In this document: positions 1 through 10,089 of the stretch, in pieces
How the letters are laid out: each line of letters opens with the position of its first letter
Position numbering within the stretch: position 1 is the stretch's first letter
Assembly (NCBI GenBank): GCA_964035545.1
Contig: OZ037768.1
Coordinates: 6,108,741 to 6,172,740, forward strand
Origin: Bugula neritina
Taxonomy: Eukaryota > Animalia > Bryozoa
DNA: 64,000 nucleotides
Direction: 5' to 3'
Notes under the pieces: generated by a model
What the model saw: only the letters and a program-made list of their open reading frames with translations
Databases searched by the model: none
What the model was told of the DNA's origin: nothing
Program-made: the position numbers and the translations under genes

Positions 1-50
1 TGTTTAAAAATTTGTAGTTTGTTAATATTCATTTATAAAAACTTAAAAAC

Positions 51-270
51 AATGTGATAATGATTTTAGGTACAAATGGCACAGGTAGAAATAGCACAAG
101 TAATAAATGCACAGGTAATAATGGCACAGATGAAAAAGTAGGTAAAATGGCACACTGATGTTTAATTTGCCCAAACCTTAAACTAAAGCCCCCCAAACAT
201 ATCCAAGCCCCCATCCTAAACCCCAATCCCAATATTGAAAATATTTACCTGTGCCATTTTTACCAGACAC
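51..270. mobile_element. Non-autonomous foldback/MITE-like repeat, GGTAAAAATGGCACA family (copy 1)
   Basis: Tandem GGTA(A)AAATGGCACA units at the left, inverted TGTGCCATTTTTACC at the right; a related copy lies at 12969-13135. Confidence 0.6.
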
Positions 271-376
271 CTGTGATAATAGTACTAGTAGAAACTAAGT
301 CATTTTATGTAGCTTTGTAAATTGATATACAAAGGAATGGCCCATGCAATCTAATGAGAATTTTGTTAAAGTCATC

Positions 377-397
377 TTCCTTAGCCTTTAGTGATAC
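377..397 (+). other. U12-type branch point and AC 3' splice site (AT-AC intron)
   Basis: TTCCTTAGC (377-385) then ...GATAC|GGC GTG. The nearby AG acceptors (383-384, 390-391) would put in-frame TAG/TGA in front of GVTLLAFG. Confidence 0.75.
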
Positions 398-3300
398 GGC
401 GTGACGTTATTGGCTTTTGGCAATGGAGCTCCAGATATATTCTCAGCCATAGCTGCTATTGGAAGTATGAAGAGCGGCAGCGATGCCGGGCTAGCTTTTG
501 GTGCTTTACTTGGTACATTTAACATATTATATACTGCAAGTATATTACTTCTTTGATAAATTTATCATAGACATTCATGCATTGAAAAGAAAATGCTTAT
601 ATACCATTTTTATACTAAACAACATTACTACCCGACTTTCTTGTTTTGCTATGCCATACCCCTGGTTACTATAGCTTTTACTGTGCAACAAGATTGTGGA
701 TTATACTTTGCATTGTTTTGCTCATCTTTCACCGCCCTGTGCTGATCGGGTGAAAATATGAAACAACACTTTGCATTGTTTTATATTACCTAAAGTGTAT
801 CTAAACGTATCTTTCAGAGAGTGTGTATGTTGTGGTTTGGTTACAGGAGCTGGAGTGTTTGTGACGGCAGTTGTGTCCGGGGCTGTGATCATAGCCAAGC
901 CGTTTCAATGTATGGAAAGACCTCTGCTTAGAGACATCACATTTTATATCGTAGCTCTATACTACACCTTTTATATCATGTACAGTAGGATGATCACAAC
1001 TCTACAAGCTATAGGTAAGTATTCACCATAGTTATACGTGTCTATGAGCTATACAGCCAAAATACCATATTGATGATGTTTGGTGTTGACATAATATAGG
1101 GTTGCTACATGTTGGTACGAGTATATACAGGTATCATGTGGTGCCTCATCATCACCTGCTGTGGTGTTTCAATACTAAGGAGTATAATTTCTAGGCCAAG
1201 ATTTCTGTCAGTTGAAGAGGATGTTTTGAATGATGTAATGTTGTTAGTGCAAATAACTTGTATGTGTGTAGTATTGTTTTTAAAATTTTATCTTTTGTTT
1301 TATGCAACAAAAACCGACTAGTTGCTATATTTATTTTTGTAATGAATTGTTAAGCACTGCAACTTGCTGTATTTAGCTATAGCTGAAGTTTTGTAGCAGC
1401 ACCTTCTGATTGCTTCCAAGTATTATTTTCCCAATTATATAGATTTGACGTTTAAGTTATTTAATAATTTGTATTATAATAATATGCCAGGGTAATTAAA
1501 CTGTTCAAAATGTGTTTGTTCAAAGAGAAAATTGAGTTATTAAGTTTACTTGCGTGTCAAGATATACAGGATATTTTAATACTTCGGTTTAAGTGAATAA
1601 CTGCCCTGTTGTAGGTTTCCTTCTGCTATACGTAGCATATGTCTTAGTGGTAATAGTAGGTCGGTATATCAGGAAGAGGAAACAGAGTAGCTCCTCCCAA
1701 CCAACCACTCCTACTACTTCTACTGGTGACTTCAGTGTAAATAATAGCATAGGTAAATACTACCATCCCTACACAGTTACTTCAAAATACAAAATATTTC
1801 ATTAAATAATTTGATTTTAACGTGCAGGTAAAAGTGATTTAATTGTGGCAAATGTAGTTATCATTAAAATGGACTTTGTAGAAAGTAGAGACATGCTCTT
1901 AAATTAAAAAATTATAAATTTAAGAGCCACTTGCTATAACTATTACTTATGTGTTGGCATCTGTGTAAGTCAGCTTTTACTGCAATTTAAAGTTTTGTAC
2001 TTTAAACTAGAATAGACCACCTGCTTCTTGCACTAAGGTTGCGGTATAGCTTTGCATGATGACTGGCTGATGTAAAAGTATTATATAGAATAAATATTTA
2101 TAGACTGAGTATAGTATGCTGGGTGCAGTCATTAACTCCAGTACCCAACCAGTGAATTCACTTGCTGTTTATCTTCTTTCAGTTGCCAAGTTGGAGAAAG
2201 ATCCAGATCTTGCCACAACATTCAGTAAACATCTTGCAGAAGGTAATGGGTGAAGAGGGTCATACATTTATTAATAGGGTAAAGCTAGTCTCCCATTTGT
2301 CAAGTTAATGAGCTTTCTAACATGTCATACAGTTACCATGGTAACCATATTCATTGTTGGGGGAGGGAGGGATAAAATGGTTCAATACAAGTTTTCTTGT
2401 TATATTTCTAATATATTTTAACTACCACAAAGTGATCCCTTATTGAATACTATTACCACCTTATATAGGCATGTAACATCGTTGCTAGTTTACTCATATT
2501 GAATACTGTCCCTTGTTAAGACTCCCTGCACCCTCATTGCCCTATGAATCACCAGTGCATGTAGTAAGCATGTGACATCCACCTGTAGTTTCTCTTGTAC
2601 CACATTGTTATACCTGGCAGAGGCTGAGCATGAAGAGAGGTCAAGACCATCTCACCATGACCACCACTCTGATCAGTCTAGTCACTCACAATCAGGTAGA
2701 GTCACCATCTGCTCACCCAATTCTTCTCTATGAAAAACATATCTAGTTGCTGGTCTTTGCATGGCTTGTATGGTGACTAAATCACTATGCAAACAGAGTA
2801 GTTAGTAAATGCTGTCTTTATGAGTATATAAACTGCTTTGTTTTACTCTATTGATCTTTATACAATTAATAAAGACATTTAGTGGAGCCTGCTACGGTTA
2901 TTCAACAATTTATGCTTGTTTATGAAGCAATGGCTTTTGCATAAAGATAATTAAGAGCCTTTATATCATCATTAGTTCTGATCGATTTCTTGTTACAGAT
3001 TATAATTCTAGGTAATGACTTTATATACTAGCACTGCTCTGCTAACTTATTCATTCACAGTGACTTAGGCATTCAATTTTATTGGCCACTTTCAGATTTA
3101 AAAGACGACTCCAAACCGTTTGACAACTCAGAAGGTGATAGTCATTACCCATTCTGCTTATTTCAGCTATTCTATCCACCCTACACTGAAACTCAGCACA
3201 ACTGAGCGCACATTTTATTCTAAATCAATTGGAAATTGGGAATATTTACGTAGTTGGTTTTTGGGGTTTTCTCAATTTACTTTCCAAAAAACTGGTTTAT

Positions 3301-6300
3301 GATTACATTTATTAATTGATAGTTGAAAATTCTGAAAGCTTGTTTTGTGAAGTAAAATTCCTTCATGATATTTGAGTTTTGAAGACCAAAAGAGTGGCTT
3401 AAAATGCAAAAAAATAATCGTATGCTAAAAGCTCTTGACTACCAGAGAGCTAGTACAGTTAATAATTTTTATACAGTCAACTTGTCTCTACATCTTTTCT
3501 CAGTGCTAAAGATTTTAATTAGTTTCAGAGACTAACTGGTTTTAACATAGCATAATTTGGTATGCTAAGCTGCAAGTATAATTAATGCCAGGATACAATA
3601 CTTTTTTATCTGGAAATTCATTTAATAATGACAGCCATTAACCATGAGGAAAAATCAGTGGCTGTGCTATTTCTAAAGTAGCACAGTTATTCTTAACAGA
3701 GAGTTTTGGGCTCATTACTAGGTTATAAGTTTGTCCCTCTTGACATTGACATTAGAGCTGAAACTGTATGGCTCTATATAATTATTATGATGTTATGCCA
3801 CGCTATGAATGAAATGGATCAATGATTTACATAGTAATTATGCTAAGCATTGCTACCTTTGTTGAGCAATGCTGTGTACGTGACTAGCTCAGGTATCCCA
3901 CCATAAGATAATATCTTTCATGGTCCCAAAAGCTCACGTTCTTTTGTGTATGCCAATATGGCCTTTATAAGCAGGAATAGCAAAAATGCTTCTTTTAGCT
4001 ACATATATAAGTTTTACTCATCATCATAGTTTTGTTAGTGTAATATTTTGCAGTTATATCAGTTATAGGGGTATACTAAGTACTAACTCAATATACTTCC
4101 TCTTCTTACAACAGCCCAGTTTTGCTAAGGCTCAGTTGATCAACAATTTCATGCTGATATTAATTCTCATAAGTTTACAATCTGCATGTTAATAAACCCA
4201 TTGCTGGTCTGTGATTATTTCTTTATTGCAGCTATTCAGCTACAATATATCTTCTTGTCGCCACCCTATATTGCTTGTACTCTGCTTACCTGTGTTGCCT
4301 TACCTGGCCTACCTTACCTTTTAGTAGCCTACAGATGATTATTTAGTATTTCTGTTAAATTTCAATTGTAATGTTGAGATATGGAACAAGTGACAATTTA
4401 TTAGTTTTTTCCCCTTAATTAATCGATAAATTTTAGAGTTGTCTTCCTTGGATATACAGTAAGTGTGAAAGGTGCTGGGTTGTTTAGCATGACGTACCTG
4501 GGGCTTTACTGATGGTTCAAATTGAGAATTGTTTTTGATAAAAGGAAGGCATCCTTGCCAAATTGCTACTGTTACATCTCTGAGCTGTGTAGTTTGAGGC
4601 ATAAGAAATGCACAACAGTAAAAAGTCCTTCAATAACAGAGTCTCACTAAATGCTTTTTTATCTGAAAAATTACTTAGTTAGTTCAAATTCTACTGTATA
4701 CTTTTTATGTTTATTTGTTTTGTGCAAATCAAAAATTGGTGTTATGGTCAATTTACACTTGAAACATTATTCACTATAAAAAATGTGCAGAGCTGAGTCC
4801 AAGCTTAATTATTTCATATTTTCTCTTTCACATTCTAAAATAAATGAATTTCAAGGCTAACTCGACCATTTCTGTTTATTTTATTGGCTCATCTGCTAGC
4901 TCTTCGGCAAATCAAACCCTAGATGCCCATAATTTTATTTTTGTAGTCTGAATCATGGTATTAGCTTTGGAGTTTTCACACCTTTGATTTGTATCTAGAT
5001 TAAATCCAGATTGTTTAATGGTGTTGTGAAAATAATTTATAAATTAGCTTTTATTGTTTATTAAATTTCTTTATATGCCGTATTCCATAGACAGCTATAA
5101 TTTCAAGCAAAATTTTTTAGAGGGAATATCAACGAAGTCAATTTTTTAAGAAAATTAACTTTGTGTTGTTTAGATTGGGATGAATCAACTCCACTCATTG
5201 ACAGCGGAAGTATTAGAATAGAAAATAAAAGTAATGCACTCCATGAGTTTCTAAATGCCATAAATCCAATAAGTAAAGAAGAGTGGAAGGAAAAGAAATG
5301 GTATGGAAAAGCCTATCTTGTCATTAAGGTAAATCTTTGAAGTTTGCAAATTTGAAATCAGCGGTCTTCCTATGGAATTTTTTTCAGGAAATGACTATTT
5401 TATTGAAAAATTATTTAAAATGATTATTATTATGTTTTTGTAAAATGAAAACCCCTGTAAGAACCTGTACCTTGCTAGCAGCATGTCATTTGCAGCCATT
5501 TGAACTGGTACTCTTCCTGGCCCCAACAGTGAGCAACGATTCTGTTGGGTGGTTAATTTACTGGTCTACCAAAATAAGTTCCTGGTATTACAGTAATTTT
5601 CTTCATCTATTAATGATATTTATGTATACAGCACCTGTGTATTTTTTAATTGACACAAAATAAATGAGAAAATTATAATAAAAAAAGAAGCTCTCCGTGG
5701 CGGGGAATCGAACCCCGGTCTCCCGCGTGACAGGCGGGGATACTTACCACTATACTACCACGGATTTGCTGATATGCGGAACAGTTATTAGCGTATTTGT
5801 TCATAAGAGTACAATGTTACGCTTGCGCAATCACGTTAGTAGACCAGCGGGCATTGGATTCTTTAATCGCTCTGATCTTTCAGCAAATCCGTGGTAGTAT
5901 AGTGGTAAGTATCCCCGCCTGTCACGCGGGAGACCGGGGTTCGATTCCCCGCCACGGAGAGCTTCTTTTTTATTTTTAAATAAAATTTCTTGAGTAAAAA
6001 GTCCTTTTCAAGTGTTTTAATGAATAATTTTAGGCTCCCATTCAATTCATATTGACAATGACGTGTCCAGTAGTTGATTATGGTGCAGAGAAAGACAATT
6101 GGAATAGACATCTGTCTTGCTTCCAGGTTCTACTTGGGCCAATGTTTGCCCTATTTGCCACCAACCAATACGGTATGCCTACATCTTTCCATGCATAAAT
6201 CAAATTGCATTATGAGAGAATGTGCTAGAAAGATTTTCTTCTTGTGGCATATAAGTATTTATAATTTCCAACTAGACAGCTGTGGTCTATATAAGTATTC

Positions 6301-8711
6301 ATCATTTCGGTGCCATTTTTGCCAATTATCGTTGTGTGTTATTGATAAAATTTAATGCATTTAAAACTTTTCTTACTTGAATAGAAAATAATATTATGTT
6401 AGTGAAAAAGAGATGTGCAATGTTTTAAATTAATTTTTGTTTTGTTGAGCATCTGATGAATTCAGAAGCTGCAGCACACAGAATAAACTCAATAATTGTT
6501 TCTAATGATAGGACTTATTGATATTGTTTTCGATGTGTTACAGGGGTGCTGATCGGAGGAATATTTCCCTTATGGGCTCTCTTCCTTATCATATGTACTC
6601 TGCTCTCCTGCATTGTTCTCTGGCTGTCCAATAACCATTCTCCACCAAAGTGGCATCCAGTTAGTCATTACTTGTCTAGTTATATTTATAATATTGAATA
6701 CAATTCTTACTTGAATTAACGCTATAGCATTTGTTTGCACTGTCAGCCCGCCATGAAGGAATATAAGGTTAAAGAACTACTTTGCTTAGTCAATGTCTGG
6801 CTGTACATCATAAGGTACTGGAAAACTATTTTGGATGTTGGGCTAGACTAAATAATGTTCATGAATAAATCACACGTCACTGGTATTACAAGTAGAGATA
6901 ACTCTGAGATAATATTGGAATACTAGTTGCTGTTGTATCTTACTGGATATAACAGCAACAGGACAAAAATTGGCAGGAACGAACCGTGCAGTTTTTATAT
7001 AGTAAAACAACAACCAATAAAATGTGTCAGCTTAAGGTGTTAACTTTATGTGTCAGTTGAAGGTGTATTCCCCAGTTCAAGGTAGTCATGGTGATATTAC
7101 AGCAAAGGAATAGAACACTTATTTAGTTCTCATAATCCCAAAATGTTTAACCATGTTCAACAGAAAGAGAATGCAGCAGACATACGTTTGCCTGTCCGCT
7201 TATTTCTAGAGCTGCACACTCTATAATGTTTAATATATTCTATAGCAGATTTAGTATGAACAGTTCTATTTATAACTTTATCACATGTTGCTATGTAATA
7301 TTTTGTAGTTCTTCGCTTTCCTTGGCTTTATTGTGGCTGTTATCTGGATATACTCTATTGCAAATGAAGTAGTTAATATTTTACAAGTAAGTTCCCCCAA
7401 TGTTGCCTTGATAATGTAAAACATTTCTATAAAAAGAATGGGATAACAAGCTACTTTATATTATTTTGTTTGAAAACATAAAAATATGTAGGTATTGTGG
7501 GGAAGAATATTTGTCCTGTATTAGGGAAGTGATATTTACTCTTTGTTGTAGTCCATATTGTGTAAAAAGTTCTGCTCAAATGATGTTTCTACTTTAGTTA
7601 ACTGATGAATGCAAATGAAATATAATATACATACAACATAATACAATCCATTATTCAACAATAGTTGGCAGTTAGAAAATGTTACCATATTATGCAAATC
7701 TATTTTTATTTCAGTTGTTTGGAGTTGTCTTCCAGATAAGTAATGCTATATTAGGATTGACATTGTTAGCTTGGGGAAACAGTATTGGAGGTAATAACTC
7801 TTCCTTTAAATTGCTACTCTGATTGTTATTTCATTTTGACTTGCTGTCAAATGTTTCAATAGATAGTGTAATGTGTATAAAGTTTGTTAATCCAGTGAAT
7901 ATGCATGTTTCAAATTTCACATAGTTAATTAACACTATTACTAAATAATTGGCAGAACACTTTAGAATTTATGTAATATAACATGGATGTTTTAGTATGT
8001 ACCTTATAATAGGACTGTTTGATTATTTTTATAGATTTTATTGCCGACACAGCTCTAGCTAGAAAGGGTTATCCAAGAATTGGTATATCAGCCTGCTTTG
8101 GAGGCCCTCTTTTCAGTATCCTTTCAATTGTGTAATGCTTTTGACAAACTCATCTTGAATTTTTTTTAATTTTTCATGATTTCCTTTGCTAATAAGTAGT
8201 TTGATAGATAGTTTCCTCAACACAGTTTACAGATCTTCTGCTAGGAGTTGGAATACCTTTCACTATGGGTTGCATAAAAAATGGCGGTTCTATGGCTGTA
8301 AGTATCATAGTAACTCAAAGAAATAATATCTATTTTTAATGGTCTCGATTTTCATGGTTTTATTTTCAGTTAATTTTGGCTTGTATAAAACAAGTAGCTG
8401 TTGAAATCTTATGTTAGAAAAAAATCTCGCAGTATAAAAATTTTATATTGCCACCCCCAACCACACTCCTTTAGTTTTGTGTTTGTTTACTGATGTTGCT
8501 ATTGTAGTTGGACTTCAACTTTCACCTTATAGTTCTTACTGGTGGTCTATTACTCAGTCTGCTATCCACGTACATCCTTGCTCCATTTGTTCTTAAGTTC
8601 TTCATGAGAAGATGGTTTGGGATTTATCTCATCATAGTTTATGTGTCGTTCTTACTCCTCGCTATACTCACTGAAGTCAATGTCATAAAGGTTGATGTTT
8701 CTAAATGGTAA
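398..8711 (+). CDS. SLC8B1: Mitochondrial Na+(Li+)/Ca2+ exchanger NCLX-like (CCX family), 5'-partial, spliced
   Basis: Frame-consistent exons: 398-512, 847-1014, 1615-1752, 2183-2242, 2621-2695, 3096-3134, 5174-5328, 6034-6172, 6544-6659, 7309-7386, 7715-7790, 8035-8115, 8233-8297, 8508-8711 (TAA). Alpha1 repeat GVTLLAFGNGAPDIF and alpha2 repeat GLTLLAWGNSIGD...GYPRIGISACFGGPLFN are CCX/NCLX signatures. The start lies upstream of the window; the three small loop exons are less certain. Confidence 0.9.
2332..2345. promoter_or_regulatory. Perfect palindromic RFX X-box-like motif (intronic)
   Basis: GTTACCATGGTAAC matches the RFX consensus GTNRCCATGGYAAC; function untested. Confidence 0.3.
5693..5764 (-). 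tRNA. tRNA-Asp(GTC)
   Basis: 72-nt cloverleaf, exact reverse complement of 5888-5959; followed on its own strand by an oligo-T terminator. Confidence 0.95.
5888..5959 (+). tRNA. tRNA-Asp(GTC)
   Basis: TCCGTGGTAGTATAGTGGTAAGTATCCCCGCCTGTCACGCGGGAGACCGGGGTTCGATTCCCCGCCACGGAG: perfect acceptor stem, GTC anticodon, A and B boxes, T6 terminator at 5966-5971. Confidence 0.95.
8116..8232 (+). other. U12-type GT-AG intron
   Basis: Donor GTATCCTTT, branch TTTCCTCAAC (8212-8221) about 11 nt before AG, no polypyrimidine tract; splicing restores GGPLFN-LLLG. Confidence 0.88.
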
Positions 8712-9467
8712 ATACTAAAATGAAGACATCATTGTTTCTAAAACATTTTATAACACATTGTATTCATTTAGATATGTTGAGCTATTGTCAGATCTAGCGG
8801 CCAAAAATTATATAAATGGTATAGAAAATTATATTTATGATCTATGTAATAGTAAATACTAATGTTTATTAAACAATGATTTTGTGTTTTTTAAAAATTT
8901 TAGGCTCAGTTTTAGAGCTTACCATTGATTTCTCAGGAATCGCGTCCAACAATATAAAATGATATTGCATCGTTTCTGATCACAAAACATAATTTATCAT
9001 AATAAAAATATTATTTGATTTTTCTTATGTTTATATAAAGTATACTTGGCATTCTCTTTTTAATTGCCTTCTAACTTGTTTTATAGCATATACTCATTTT
9101 GTTTGAGTTCTGTTAGATATGTGTTGGTAAATTTACTTGTATATACTTTATAAATTGTGTCAGTAAATAACTTTTTAAATAACATTATTGTGATTTGTTA
9201 TTTTTACATAATAGGTTATTTTCAGTAAAATAAATTAAATTGGTATCAAGTTGATATATTAAACTGTTTTAAAATCATTTAAATAATGCATGCGGATGGT
9301 CGTAAAAGTGAAATCATTCCTAATATTATGCAAAATTCATAACAAATTAGAGTCGATGTTGAAAAATGGAATGTCTCAATGTCTATAAACTCATATTTGG
9401 ACAATGTTTGTATTTTATCTTACTTGGTGTCGTTTATTCACACTTGTAGTGATGAGTTTACCCAGTA

Positions 9468-9540
9468 GTCCCCGTGGTGTAATGGCTAGCACATTTGCTT
9501 GCAAGCCAGAGGTCTTGGGTTCGATTGCCCAGTGGGGGCA
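9468..9540 (+). pseudogene. tRNA-like cassette in the 5' LTR
   Basis: A box TGGTGTAATGG, B box GGTTCGATT; acceptor, D and T arms fold; anticodon arm imperfect (TTGCAAG loop, Cys/Ala ambiguous). Confidence 0.6.
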
Positions 9541-9693
9541 ATTATTTTACAAGCTATTTCGGCATTTAGTGAAGTGTAGTAGTAGTGCACCGAGGAGTTG
9601 AGAGGCCAGGGGAGCCTGATGACTGAAGAAGTAGTAGACAGGCCAGTGGAGTTCAGAGAACTGGGTGGGATGTAGTGATGAGATTACCCAGTG

Positions 9694-9765
9694 GTCCCCG
9701 TGGTGTAATGGTTAGCACACTTGTTTGCAAGCCAAGGGTCTTGGGTTCGATTCCCAGTGGGGGCA
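9694..9765 (+). pseudogene. tRNA-like cassette in the 3' LTR
   Basis: 72 nt, GTCCCCG/TGGGGGC acceptor stem, A and B boxes intact, imperfect anticodon stem. Confidence 0.6.
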
Positions 9766-10079
9766 ATTGTTTTACAACACTGCACACACTAAATTTTACC
9801 CTGAATTTAGCTTCTCTTCCGTTATTATAATATTTAATTGCATGTTGGGCGTTGGAAAACTTAAACAGTTACTATAGATACATCAACAAAATTAAATTTA
9901 CCATGGTAACTTGCGCGAAAGTAAGCGACGTGGACTTATTTTCCCTTATAGTCTAAGGTTTTCGCCAATTAGTCAATATAGTCGCCCGACAAGCCTTCGG
10001 AATCCTACTATAAACAGGTTTTAAGATTTAGAGCGGAAAGAGTTACTACAAACTAAATAAATTGAGCTCGATTGTTATT

Positions 10080-10089
10080 GGGAATCCCC
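10080..10089 (+). promoter_or_regulatory. NF-kB consensus site at the 5' end of MOV10-like A
   Basis: GGGAATCCCC matches GGGRNWYYCC; it sits in a CpG-richer patch just before a GTAAG donor at 10116. Confidence 0.45.

Larger units (their letters stand above)
9445..9776 (+). mobile_element. TRIM (miniature non-autonomous LTR retrotransposon) with tRNA-derived LTRs
   Basis: LTRs 9445-9551 and 9671-9776 (TGTA...TACA; 8 substitutions plus 1 indel between them); 5-bp TSD ACACT (9440-9444 and 9777-9781); purine-rich tract AGAGAACTGGGTGGGA directly before the 3' LTR; 119-bp non-coding interior. Confidence 0.88.

Noticed and set aside
2999-3068. Additional NCLX micro-exons of 13 and 8 nt
   Set aside because: The 13-nt exon alone shifts the frame; adding the 8-nt exon requires an implausible 27-nt GC intron.
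5697-6111. ORFs of 60-82 aa overlapping the tRNA pair
   Set aside because: Chance reading frames through tRNA genes.
9468-9765. Two functional tRNA-Cys/Ala genes
   Set aside because: Anticodon stems are mismatched, one T arm has an insertion, and both lie inside TSD-flanked TG...CA LTRs.
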